51,700 nucleotides of DNA, taken from the NCBI GenBank assembly GCA_037446635.1, contig JBBIIG010000019.1, forward strand, positions 1 through 51,700. Reading direction: 5' to 3'. Origin of the DNA: a bacterium (lineage in GTDB: Bacteria; Zhuqueibacterota; Zhuqueibacteria; Oceanimicrobiales; Oceanimicrobiaceae). The number at the start of each line of letters is the position of its first letter. Within the stretch, counting starts at the first letter, position 1. The notes under the pieces are model-generated. The model was not told where the DNA came from. It worked only from the letters and a program-made list of their open reading frames with translations, and did no database searches. The translations under genes and the position numbers were made by a program. Shown one piece after another: positions 8,971 to 18,439 of the stretch.

Positions 8971-10326
8971 TTAAAATCTTAAGCTAAACACGGTTTCCTC
9001 GCCGAGACGCGAATGAACGGTGATGGCGCCGCGGTGCAGGCGCATAATCTGCCGCGACAGGCTCAGCCCGATGCCGCTGCCGTTTTCTTTTGTGGTGAAA
9101 AAAGGGATGAAGATTTTATCGAGCATATCTTTCGGAATACCGGGACCATTGTCGGACACTTGAATAATCACGCGGCCGCTGTCATCGATACGCGACGTGA
9201 GCGTAATTTTGGCGTCGCTATGTTTGCTGACAGCTTGAATCGCATTCTTAATGATGTTGATCAAAATTTGCTCAACCAGCTCAAGATCAGCCGTCAACTC
9301 CAGCGTTTCGGGAATGACACTTGGAAATAACTTGATTCCATTCCGAGACAGTTCCGGCTGCATCAACTGCTGAACTCGCCGAAACAAATCCCGCACTTGA
9401 AAAATTCGGAAATTGGGCACCGGCACGCGGGTGAGATTGCGATAGGCATCCACGAAATGCAGCAAGCCCTCGCTGCGTTTTTGAATCGTGCGCAGCGCGC
9501 CGTCGATATCGCGGCGGGCCTCCGCGCTTAATTCTTGAACCGCCGGGGACACATTTGAATTTAGCAAATCGTTCACAGTGGAAGCAAGCGAAGCAATTGG
9601 CGTGACTGAGTTCATGATTTCATGAGTGAGTACGCGGATGAGATTCTGCCAAGCCTCTAATTCCTTTTCCTCTAATTCGTTTTGAATGTTCTGCAGCGAA
9701 ACGAGGGTCAGATTTTGATCGCGCATGCGAAACTCCGTCGCGTTGATGGATAGCTGAGACAGCTCATTTTGAATTTCCACCTTCACCAACGCCTTCTGTC
9801 CAGATTTCAACTCAAACAATTTATGCACAAGAGGTTTGCTGAGCGGCGCCAGTTCGTGAATATTTTTTAGGCGGGGAATTTTTAAAATTCGCTTGGCGGC
9901 GTTGTTCAGCAGCGCCACTTTGCCATCGTTTTTGAACGCGATTAGCCCGATGCCTACATGCTGCACCACCGTTTGAAGGTAACGGAAATGCTCTTCCTTC
10001 TCGGCGCGCGCCTGATGAAATTTCTGAATTACTGCGTTAAACGCGGATTTCAATTCATCGAACGATGAACCCAATCCTGCGCCCAGAAAAGTCTGCGAGA
10101 AATCCTCGTGTTTGATGGTCAGCAAAAAGCGGTTGAGGTCACGGTTGGTTTTTTCGACAAAATAAATGAGAGAATAGATTTGATACATGATGAGCAAGCC
10201 AAGAATGAAAATCGTCGCGTAGTATGTTGTGGGCGTTTTAAAAATTAAATAGAAGAATAAGTAGAGTGTGCCGCTCAGCGCGAAAACTCGCGTCAGCACC
10301 ACAACGCGAAATCGTCTATAAACCAT
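8971..10326 (-). CDS. Membrane sensor histidine kinase (NtrY-like, PAS + HisKA + HATPase)
   Basis: Two N-terminal TMs, LTHEIMNSVTPI H-box, NIIKNA, DNGPGI, FIPFFTTK and GSGIGL. Confidence 0.92.
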   Translation of the reverse strand: MVYRRFRVVVLTRVFALSGTLYLFFYLIFKTPTTYYATIFILGLLIMYQIYSLIYFVEKTNRDLNRFLLTIKHEDFSQTFLGAGLGSSFDELKSAFNAVIQKFHQARAEKEEHFRYLQTVVQHVGIGLIAFKNDGKVALLNNAAKRILKIPRLKNIHELAPLSKPLVHKLFELKSGQKALVKVEIQNELSQLSINATEFRMRDQNLTLVSLQNIQNELEEKELEAWQNLIRVLTHEIMNSVTPIASLASTVNDLLNSNVSPAVQELSAEARRDIDGALRTIQKRSEGLLHFVDAYRNLTRVPVPNFRIFQVRDLFRRVQQLMQPELSRNGIKLFPSVIPETLELTADLELVEQILINIIKNAIQAVSKHSDAKITLTSRIDDSGRVIIQVSDNGPGIPKDMLDKIFIPFFTTKENGSGIGLSLSRQIMRLHRGAITVHSRLGEETVFSLRF

Positions 10327-11689
10327 ACTTCTCCAACCGGCGATAGAGCGACGTACGGGTGAGGCCCAATTCCTGCGCCGCGCGGCTGATGTTGCCGCCG
10401 TGCTTGGTAATGACTTTTTGGATGACGATTTTTTCCACGTCTTCGAGATTCATTTTTTCGAAGACGAGGCCGTCCTCTTTTTTCTCCGGCATTGAGAAGA
10501 AGAAATCGTGCGGCTGCAACACCTGCGCGTCGCTCATGATCACCGCTCGTTCGACGGCGTGCTGCAGCTCGCGCACATTGCCGGGCCAGTGATATTTCTC
10601 CAATTTTTTTAGCGTCGCAGCGTTCACGCGCTTCAGTGGTTTGCCGTACTTTTTGCAATAATGCTGAAGGAAATAATCCACCAGCAGCGGAATATCCTCC
10701 TGTCGGTCACGCAGCGGCGGCAGTTGGATTTCCACCGTGTTAATGCGGAAAAGCAAATCTTGGCGAAACTCACTTTTGGCGACCATCTCGTGAATCGGTT
10801 TGTTGCTGGCGCAAATCAAGCGAACATCGATTGTTCGCGGCACGTTGGAACCAACACGAATGACTTGCCGGTTTTGCAGCACCGTCAGCAGCTTGGCTTG
10901 CAGCGGCAGGGGGAGGTTGCCAATTTCATCTAAAAACAGCGTGCCACCCGAGGCAATTTCGAAACGTCCGGCGCGATCTTCTTTGGCATCGGTGAACGCG
11001 CCTTTGACGTGTCCGAACAGCTCGCTCTCGAACAACGTTTCGCTGATGGCGGCCATATCGACGCTGATGAACACCTCGTTGGCGCGCTGGGACTGCCGGT
11101 GGAGCTCGCGCGCGACCAGTTCTTTGCCCGTGCCGTTTTCGCCGGTGATGAGCACGTTGGCATCCGTCTTCGCCACTTTTTGAATGGCGGCAAACACCTT
11201 CTGCATCGCCTCGCACTCGCCGATGAAATCGTGGCGCGGCTGCGAGAGATCGGCATTGAGCTGTTTTTGCCGCGATTGCAACGTATCGACCTCCGCGCGC
11301 GAGCTGCGCAGGTTCATCGCCGCAGAGATAGTGGCGAGCAGCTTCTCATTCTGCCACGGCTTCAGCACGAAATCGAACGCCCCTTCTTTGATGGCCTGCA
11401 CCGCGAGCTGCACGTCGCCGTACGCGGTGATGAGCACCACCACCGCCTTCGGATCCATTTCGAGGATGCGATTCAGCCAATAAAATCCTTCTTCGCCGCT
11501 GCTGGCGCCGCGCGCGAAATTCATATCCAAAAGAATAACATCGTAGCTCGCGTTTTTGAGCAACGTGGAAATGGCGTTGGGATTTTTTTCGGTGTGCACG
11601 AGCGCGAAGTGATTTTTCAAAAACAATCGTGCGGCCAACAGAATGTCTTCGTCATCATCGATGACTAAAATTTTGCCGGATTTTTTCAT
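10316..11689 (-). CDS. Sigma54-dependent response regulator (NtrC family, REC-AAA+-HTH)
   Basis: GENGTGKE, ESELFGH, GAFTDA, WPGNVREL and a Fis-type HTH; probable start ATG at 11689. Confidence 0.95.
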   Translation of the reverse strand: MKKSGKILVIDDDEDILLAARLFLKNHFALVHTEKNPNAISTLLKNASYDVILLDMNFARGASSGEEGFYWLNRILEMDPKAVVVLITAYGDVQLAVQAIKEGAFDFVLKPWQNEKLLATISAAMNLRSSRAEVDTLQSRQKQLNADLSQPRHDFIGECEAMQKVFAAIQKVAKTDANVLITGENGTGKELVARELHRQSQRANEVFISVDMAAISETLFESELFGHVKGAFTDAKEDRAGRFEIASGGTLFLDEIGNLPLPLQAKLLTVLQNRQVIRVGSNVPRTIDVRLICASNKPIHEMVAKSEFRQDLLFRINTVEIQLPPLRDRQEDIPLLVDYFLQHYCKKYGKPLKRVNAATLKKLEKYHWPGNVRELQHAVERAVIMSDAQVLQPHDFFFSMPEKKEDGLVFEKMNLEDVEKIVIQKVITKHGGNISRAAQELGLTRTSLYRRLEKYGL

Positions 11690-11805
11690 GATGTGTGTAA
11701 CGAAAGATTGGGGATTTTGTTTTGCAGTCAAAGATAGGGATTTGACGTGAGCAAGTCAATGATCTGATCTAAACTTCCAATAAAGGTCCATTTTTGAAAT
11801 TGTCC

Positions 11806-11834
11806 TTGACATTCATACTGATTTTCAGTAGGCT
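11806..11834 (+). promoter_or_regulatory. Sigma70-type promoter with a palindrome in the spacer
   Basis: TTGACA-17-TAGGCT; TACTGA-ttt-TCAGTA at 11816-11830. Confidence 0.5.
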
Positions 11835-11866
11835 ATACTTATAGGGTCATTTAACGCGGGAATTCG

Positions 11867-12096
11867 ATGGCCGCCATTGATGAAGTCAAAGAGAGGTTAA
11901 GTTATCTAAAAAGTCTGGTGACGATTTTTGTTGGTGTGCTGGTCGTAACAATCGGCGGTATGATGAATCTCTATCTATCTGATAGAATGGGGACCGTATT
12001 TTGGTGGGTATGATAGTGGTGGTCGCCTTGGCGCTCTTGACAATACGCTTAATGTTTCTCATCGAAAAACTTCTCAAACGTCTTGGAGGATTATAA
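11867..12096 (+). pseudogene. Small 2-TM membrane protein, frameshifted or split into 48-aa and 28-aa ORFs
   Basis: MAAIDEVKERLSYLKSLVTIFVGVLVVTIGG...FWWV* (11867-12013) continues in another frame as MIVVVALALLTIRLMFLIEKLLKRLGGL* (12010-12096). Confidence 0.5.
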
Positions 12097-12197
12097 TGGC
12101 AACCGCTGCTCTCATTTTCGTGGTCGCTTTGTTTATATTTGTCGCTCTATATGCCGTCCTCAAAGCTGGGCAGTATCGTTCACCTGACGAAAAATAG
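12096..12197 (+). CDS. 33-aa single-TM microprotein
   Basis: MATAALIFVVALFIFVALYAVLKAGQYRSPDEK*; GGAGGA RBS; TAATG coupling to the upstream stop. Confidence 0.55.
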   Translation: MATAALIFVVALFIFVALYAVLKAGQYRSPDEK

Positions 12198-12286
12198 TAA
12201 AGCAGGCGTATAAGGTAGTCGTGCAACAATACGCCTGCATTTGTACGCGTTGGCCGTTCGCGTTTGATCTTTGCAAAATTTGCCAA

Positions 12287-12675
12287 TCATTTCGGATCCA
12301 CCGCTGTCGGCAGTTCATACCAAATCTCGATTTCATAACCATCCGGATCCGCCGCAAACAAATACGGCTCGCCCGGCACAAATTCGCCGCGACTCAGAAT
12401 TTTCCCCCCCGCTTCTTCCACAGCGCGAGCCGCCGCATCAATATCGGTCGGAGCGACGAGCCGGAATCCGAAGTGCGCGACGCCGCCAGTTTGTCCGCCC
12501 GCTCGGCGTTTTCTTCAAACACAATTACGTCGCGGCTGCCGGGCGTCTGCGCTTGAATGAACCCTTTCTCGCGAAAAACTTCCACCACGCCAAACACACG
12601 CTGATAGAATTGCAGAGAGCGTTCTGCATCTTTCACCGCTAGGGCGATGTGGGTGAGTCCGTAGGTTTTGATCAT
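12287..12675 (-). pseudogene. VOC/glyoxalase family protein with a 1-nt frameshift near 12490
   Basis: N-terminus GLTHIALAVKDAERSLQFY; the shifted frame gives TGGVAHFGFRL...EPYLFAADPDGYEIEIWYELPTAVDPK*. Confidence 0.8.
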
Positions 12676-12804
12676 TGCTAACCCCTTTTAGGCTGAGACG
12701 ATTGTATAGAATCGAATTGCCGGCCTCCGCATATCTGAACCTGTACAACATTTGTTTTGAAAAAGCAAGCTCTTTAACCTGCATCCTTCCTCCGCCATTT
12801 CCCC

Positions 12805-12820
12805 TGTTCGCCTGCGAACA
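12805..12820. promoter_or_regulatory. Candidate enhancer (UAS) for a sigma54 activator
   Basis: TGTTCG-cctg-CGAACA palindrome (TGT-N10-ACA) about 75 bp upstream of the sigma54 site. Confidence 0.55.
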
Positions 12821-12895
12821 CCGCCTGTAATGCCTGCGGATACTTTGCCGCTTGCTTTCCCCACGTTACTATCGTATTTTCAACGAAATCAATCA

Positions 12896-12911
12896 TGGCA
12901 TAGCTCTTGCG
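12896..12911 (+). promoter_or_regulatory. Sigma54 promoter of the ABC exporter operon
   Basis: TGGCATAGCTCTTGCG, GG-N10-GC spacing. Confidence 0.75.
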
Positions 12912-12955
12912 AAACAGGGGCTGGACAAATTATGAACTGATTGAGGAACATTCTC

Positions 12956-14218
12956 ATGGGAATGGATCGACAGATCGAAAAGAAGAAATGGCCGCCCAAA
13001 AAAATCGCCGGACTCGGTGCGGCCGGCCTGCTATTTATCATCGTCGTTTATAATCTTTTGTTTGGCGACAGCAGCTCGAAGCTCAATGTCGAGGCGCAGA
13101 AGATCACGGTCTCGACGGTGGAGAAAGGCCCGTTTCAGGAATTCATTCCGGTCACGGGATCGGTGCTGCCCATTCGCACCATCTATTTGGACGCCATCGA
13201 AGGCGGGCAAGTGGAGGAGCGGCTCATTGAGGCCGGCACGATGGTGAAACAAGGCGACGTGATTCTTAAGCTCACCAACACCACGCTGCACATTCAAATC
13301 TCATCGCAGGACGCGCAGGTGGTGGAGCAGCAAAATCTGCTCACCAGCACGCGCTTCAATCTCGAGCAAAACAATCTGCGCATTCGCCGCCAGCTCATCG
13401 AGCAAGAATATCAAATCAAGCGGCTCAAGCGCATGTTCGATCGCAAGAAAGAATTGCTGGCGCGCAACCTCATTTCGCAGGAAGAGTTCGAGCAGGTCAA
13501 AGACGAATATGAGTTTCAACTCAAACAGCAGGAGTTGAACCGGCAGTCGGCGTTGCAGGATTCGGTGTTTCAAGAAGTACAGGTTCGGCAGTTGGAGATG
13601 TCGCTCAAGCGGCTGGAGGAAAATTTGGCGATTGCGCGCACGCGGCTGGACAATCTCAATATCAAAGCGCCCATCAGCGGCCACTTGACTTCGCTGAATG
13701 CGGAAGTCGGGCAGTCCATCAGTCAGGGTCAGCGGCTGGGACAAATCGACGTGCTGGATGGATTCAAAGTGCGCGCCGGCATTGATGAGCATTATCTCGC
13801 GCGCATCGAAAGGGGCTTGAAAGGCGAATTCGATTTTGCGGGACAATCGTACACGCTCGTCGCTGACAAAGTTTATCCCGAAGTCCGCGACGGTCGTTTT
13901 GAAGTGGACATGCAATTTGAAGGTGAAGCGCCGGCCGGCATTCGCCGCGGACAGACGCTGCATATTCGGCTGGCGCTGGGCGATCTCACTGAAGCGGTGT
14001 TGATCCCGCGCGGTGGATTTTACCAGAAAACCGGCGGCCAATGGATTTACGTTTTAAACGAAGACGGCGACACCGCCAGCAAACGCAAGATTCGCCTCGG
14101 GCGGCAGAACACGCAAGTCTTCGAAGTGCTCGAAGGCTTGCAGCCCGGCGAGCGCGTCGTGACCTCGAGCTATGATAGCTTTGGGGATATTGACAAGTTG
14201 GTGTTGAAAGGCAATTAG
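12956..14218 (+). CDS. Periplasmic adaptor (MacA/HlyD-type membrane fusion protein) of an ABC exporter
   Basis: N-terminal TM, lipoyl-like halves, long coiled coil, EVLEGLQPGERVVTS; ATG at 12956 follows GAGGA. Confidence 0.9.
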   Translation: MGMDRQIEKKKWPPKKIAGLGAAGLLFIIVVYNLLFGDSSSKLNVEAQKITVSTVEKGPFQEFIPVTGSVLPIRTIYLDAIEGGQVEERLIEAGTMVKQGDVILKLTNTTLHIQISSQDAQVVEQQNLLTSTRFNLEQNNLRIRRQLIEQEYQIKRLKRMFDRKKELLARNLISQEEFEQVKDEYEFQLKQQELNRQSALQDSVFQEVQVRQLEMSLKRLEENLAIARTRLDNLNIKAPISGHLTSLNAEVGQSISQGQRLGQIDVLDGFKVRAGIDEHYLARIERGLKGEFDFAGQSYTLVADKVYPEVRDGRFEVDMQFEGEAPAGIRRGQTLHIRLALGDLTEAVLIPRGGFYQKTGGQWIYVLNEDGDTASKRKIRLGRQNTQVFEVLEGLQPGERVVTSSYDSFGDIDKLVLKGN

Positions 14219-14221
14219 GGC

Positions 14222-14297
14222 TGCAGAGCGCAACGCGCATGGCACATAGCGTTTTGGTTTCGCCATGCGCTCTGCTCGCTGCGCGATGCGTGCTGCG
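14222..14297. repeat. Inverted 7-mer-type repeat element (gcagagcgca/ccatgcgctctgc)
   Basis: Related to 15039-15078 and 24701-24734. Confidence 0.55.
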
Positions 14298-14346
14298 GAA
14301 AATTCATTGAACTGACACCCACAAGCAGGCACAAAAGGAGAAACAG

Positions 14347-15036
14347 ATGATCCGAACAGTCAACCTCAGAAAAATTTACACCACCGAGGAAGTCGAAACC
14401 ACGGCATTGAACAACGTGAACATCGAGATCAACCCCGGCGAGTTTGTGGCGATTATGGGGCCGTCCGGCTGCGGCAAATCGACGCTGCTGAATGTGCTCG
14501 GTCTGCTCGACAACCCCACCGACGGCGAGTATCACTTTCTCGATCAGGAAGTCGCACAGTACTCCGAGCGCCAGCGCGCGAATTTGCGCAAACAGAACAT
14601 CGGCTTCGTGTTTCAAAGCTTCAATCTGATCGATGAATTGACGGTGTACGAAAACATCGAACTGCCGCTGCTTTATCTTGGTTATTCCTCGGCGGAACGC
14701 AAAAAGCGGGTGGAAGAAGTTTTGGAGCACATGCAGATCATGCATCGCAAGAACCATTTTCCGCAGCAGCTCTCCGGCGGCCAGCAGCAGCGTGTCGCGG
14801 TGGCGCGCGCGGTAATCGCCAAACCAAAGATCATTCTCGCGGACGAACCGACTGGCAACCTCGATTCCGCGCACGGCGACGAAGTGATGAATCTGCTCAC
14901 GCAGCTCAATGAGAACGGCACCACCATCGTGATGGTCACGCACTCGCCGGCGTATGCGGAGTACGCCCATCGCATCATTCATTTGTTCGATGGGCACGTG
15001 GTGACGGAGAATATTAAGGAGCAATTTCATGTGTAA
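14347..15036 (+). CDS. ABC transporter ATP-binding protein (MacB/LolD-like)
   Basis: [18 protein letters not shown] and [11 protein letters not shown] motifs. Confidence 0.95.
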   Translation: MIRTVNLRKIYTTEEVETTALNNVNIEINPGEFVAIMGPSGCGKSTLLNVLGLLDNPTDGEYHFLDQEVAQYSERQRANLRKQNIGFVFQSFNLIDELTVYENIELPLLYLGYSSAERKKRVEEVLEHMQIMHRKNHFPQQLSGGQQQRVAVARAVIAKPKIILADEPTGNLDSAHGDEVMNLLTQLNENGTTIVMVTHSPAYAEYAHRIIHLFDGHVVTENIKEQFHV

Positions 15037-15103
15037 TCGCAGAGCGCAGAGAGCATAGCGCAGAGCGCGAAACCAAATCATCATTATGAAGGGAGGAGCG
15101 GTC

Positions 15104-15226
15104 ATGGTCAAGTTTCGGTTTCAAGATTTGGAAATTTGGAGGATGGCGATTGAGATCGCGGATGAACTGGAGCAAAGACGGCTTTACCGATTGGCCAAGC
15201 AGCTTCCCCTCGAAAAAACTTGCTAA
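15104..15226 (+). pseudogene. Truncated four-helix-bundle (23S rRNA intervening-sequence protein family) gene
   Basis: MVKFRFQDLEIWRMAIEIADELEQRRLYRLAKQL then an early stop; F-x-DL-x-IW start typical of this family; GGAGG RBS; preceded by gcagagc repeats. Confidence 0.65.
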
Positions 15227-15393
15227 GGCCTGCGCTATCGTTCCCACACAGAACAGACTGTGTGAAAAGTCGATTTGGGACATTTTTCTTAACTTAAGCT
15301 CAATATTTATGATCGCGATTTTGAGTTTTTAACACACTCTGAGAAGCGTGGGAACGAGCAGGCGTTTGTTAATTTTTCATGCCAACCTTTTAC

Positions 15394-15574
15394 TAACCCG
15401 GATAATTCACCGCAGAGAGCGCTGAGAGCGCAGAGCCTAAATAAAAACAATTAACTCAGGCGTCTAGAAAGGAAAACACCATCTTTTTTCTGCATTGCAG
15501 GCTGGCTCGGTAAATCTAACGGAAACAACTCCGCGGCCTCTGCGCGCTCTGCGGTTCATGAATTAATCAGGCTA
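15394..15574. mobile_element. MITE-like element with imperfect terminal inverted repeats
   Basis: taacccggataattcaccgcagagagcgctgagagcgcagag ... ctctgcgcgctctgcggttcatgaattaatcaggcta; TA at both ends. Confidence 0.45.
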
Positions 15575-15685
15575 AAAAATGAAATCAAATATGCAACATA
15601 AAAAACGCGTTCAGCGATCAGCCGTCTTTGCTGCCGGCTAAAAGCTGCTCGCTGAATGCCACTGAAACTAACACCGGAAAAATTC

Positions 15686-18079
15686 ATGTTCAAAAATTAT
15701 CTGAAGATCATTCTCCGAATCTTGCGGAAAAACAAAATCTACTCGTTCATCAACATCACCGGGCTAGCGATCGGGTTGGCGTGCTTCATTCTGATTGTAT
15801 CGTTCATCAAAAACGAGTTAAGCTACGACAACTTCCACGAACACACCGACCGCATTTTCCGTCCGGTTGAAATTCAGCAGCACGCCGGCGTTGGGACGCA
15901 GCACGTGGCGGTGACCATGGGCCCGCTGGCGCCGGCGCTGCGCGCGGAATTTCCGCAAATCGTCAGCGCCGCGCGCATCATCCCCATGGGCACGTTCTTT
16001 TGCCAGGTGGGCGAGAAGGGATTTTACGAGCAGGACGTGGCCTACGCCGACCCCGAGTTATTCGACATTTTCACCATTCCATTCATCAGCGGCGATCCGA
16101 AAACCGCGCTGGCGAAGCCGCACGCGCTGGTCATCGACGCCGAGCTGGCGGCGAAATATTTTGGCGACGCCGATCCCTTGGGCAAAATCATCACTTTGCA
16201 TCACGCGCGCGGAGTGAACGACTACACCATCACTGGCGTCATCAAAAAATATCCTGAAAATTCCCATTTGCGCTTTCGTATGCTCGGCTCGTATGCCACC
16301 ATCGAAAATCAACTCCCGTATCTTAAAAACTGGAATTCCAATTCGCTGGCCACCTATATTTTGCTGCAGGAACCGGGACAGCGGTTTGAGCTGGAAAATC
16401 AGATGCCGCAGTTTCTCGAAAAGTACATTGCCGACGGCTTCAACGCGGACATCGAAATTTACTTGCAGCCGCTGAAGGAAATCCACCTGCGCTCGAATCA
16501 CATTGTTTATCAAACGTACAACAATCGCCAGGGCAGCATTAACACCATTTACACGTTTTCGGCCATCGCGATTTTTGTGCTGCTCATCGCGTGCATCAAC
16601 TTCATGAATCTCTCCACGGCGCGTTCCGCCAAACGCGCCAAAGAAATTGGTGTGCGCAAAGTGCTCGGCTCTGACCGCCGCAGACTCATTTTTCAATTCA
16701 TCGGCGAAGCTATTTTCTTCTCGCTGCTGGCGTTCGTGCTTTCGCTGGCGTTGGCGCAGTTCGCCTACTCGCTGCTGCGTCCCGTTTTTGAAGACCGCAT
16801 CATTTTTGACTACACCCGCGACATTGGTTTTTTGCTGCAAATGTTTGGGGGGGCACTGTTGGTGGGATTGGTGGCCGGGAGCTATCCGGCGTTTTATCTG
16901 TCATCGTTTCAACCCGCGCACACCCTCAAAGGCGCCACAACTTCACACACGCGCGGCGCGGCACTGCGCCGGTCGCTGGTGTTGGTGCAGTTCGGCATTG
17001 CCATCACGTTGATTGTCTGCACCGGCATCGTGCACGATCAAATGGAATTCATCCGCAAGAAAGATCTCGGTTTCAACAAAGATCAGGTGGTTTATGTGCC
17101 GCTGCGCAGCCGCGACGTCCGTGAAAAAATTCCGCTGTTAAAAAACGAGCTGAAAAAAAATGCCAACGTGATAAACGTCTCGGCCTCCGCCGGTTTGCGC
17201 GGCGCCAGCGGCTCGCAGGGCACAATGCAGACGACGGGCGCCAACGGCGAAGTCGAGCTGATGATGCGCTTCAGTTACGTCGATTTTGATTACATCGACA
17301 CGATGGAGATGCAGCTGGTGGCCGGGCGTGACTTCTCCGAACGTTTTGCCTCCGACACCGCCACGTCGGCGATCATCAACGAAACCGCGGTGCGCGAGTT
17401 AGGATGGCAGCAGCCGTTGGGCCAGCAATTTCAGCGCAGCAACCGCGAACCGCTTACGGTCATCGGGGTGGTGAAGGATTTTCATTTCTATACCATGCAT
17501 CAGAAAATCGAGCCGCTGCTCATGTATATCGCGCCGGATCAATTGCGATTTTTACTCGTCCGGGTTCAGCCGCACGATATGAAAGCGACCCTCGATTTCA
17601 TCGCAGAAACCTGGAGCCGCCATTTTCCCGCCCGCCCGTTCGAGTATGATTTTCTCGACCAGCATTTCAAGGAAATTTACCGCAGCGATGAAAACCTCGG
17701 GCGCTTGTTCGCGGCGTTTTCGTTGACCGCGATCTTCATTGCCTGTCTGGGACTGTTCGGGCTGGCCTCGTTTACCGCCGAGCAGAAAACCAAAGAGATT
17801 GGCATCCGCAAAGTTTTGGGCGCGTCGGTGGGCGGGATTGTGATTCTGATGGCGAAGGAGTTTGCAAAATGGGTGGCCATCGCCAGCTTGATTGCGTTCC
17901 CTATCGCCTATTTTACCATTCAGGACTGGCTCAACAATTTTGTGTATCGCACCGAAATCCAGTTTCACACTTTTCTTCTGGCCGCGGTTATCGTGATAGT
18001 GATTGCGTTGATCACCGTGAGCTTTCAAGCCATCAAATCGGCGCTGGCGAATCCAGTGGAGAGCCTGCGTTACGAGTAG
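15686..18079 (+). CDS. ABC transporter permease (duplicated MacB-periplasmic + FtsX domains)
   Basis: MFKNYLKI start, IACINFMNLSTARS...KEIGVRKVLG, KTKEIGIRKVLGAS and NPVESLRYE end. Confidence 0.93.
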   Translation: MFKNYLKIILRILRKNKIYSFINITGLAIGLACFILIVSFIKNELSYDNFHEHTDRIFRPVEIQQHAGVGTQHVAVTMGPLAPALRAEFPQIVSAARIIPMGTFFCQVGEKGFYEQDVAYADPELFDIFTIPFISGDPKTALAKPHALVIDAELAAKYFGDADPLGKIITLHHARGVNDYTITGVIKKYPENSHLRFRMLGSYATIENQLPYLKNWNSNSLATYILLQEPGQRFELENQMPQFLEKYIADGFNADIEIYLQPLKEIHLRSNHIVYQTYNNRQGSINTIYTFSAIAIFVLLIACINFMNLSTARSAKRAKEIGVRKVLGSDRRRLIFQFIGEAIFFSLLAFVLSLALAQFAYSLLRPVFEDRIIFDYTRDIGFLLQMFGGALLVGLVAGSYPAFYLSSFQPAHTLKGATTSHTRGAALRRSLVLVQFGIAITLIVCTGIVHDQMEFIRKKDLGFNKDQVVYVPLRSRDVREKIPLLKNELKKNANVINVSASAGLRGASGSQGTMQTTGANGEVELMMRFSYVDFDYIDTMEMQLVAGRDFSERFASDTATSAIINETAVRELGWQQPLGQQFQRSNREPLTVIGVVKDFHFYTMHQKIEPLLMYIAPDQLRFLLVRVQPHDMKATLDFIAETWSRHFPARPFEYDFLDQHFKEIYRSDENLGRLFAAFSLTAIFIACLGLFGLASFTAEQKTKEIGIRKVLGASVGGIVILMAKEFAKWVAIASLIAFPIAYFTIQDWLNNFVYRTEIQFHTFLLAAVIVIVIALITVSFQAIKSALANPVESLRYE

Positions 18080-18439
18080 TTTGCGTGCAAAAGGATTGCT
18101 TCAAAATTAAGCCCCAAAATTCGCGGTACATTCTCGTTTTTCTCCCCAAAAGATACCAGTAATTTCAGGCTTTGGTAAACCAGGCTGGCTAAAAAGCAAA
18201 ATGTTATTCTGAGTTTTGACCCAGTAACTCAAAAAGAGTTTGGAAGTCCGCTCAGATATTTATAGATTTAATTTATAAATATGAGAAAGTTAAGATTTGA
18301 AACCCGGCCGCTTTAATCAGCGTATTTGGCGGGAATTGTGAGCCAAGAAAATCTTCGCCAAAGAAACTGGCCGTTTTGTTTAAAAATAACGTGAGTAGGT
18401 TGGTTGTTCATATTTTAGGAGGGGATAAGCATTAAAAGC

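Noticed and set aside
12074..12286. 70-aa minus-strand ORF after the VOC gene
   Set aside because: No RBS or motif, and it overlaps better-supported plus-strand microproteins
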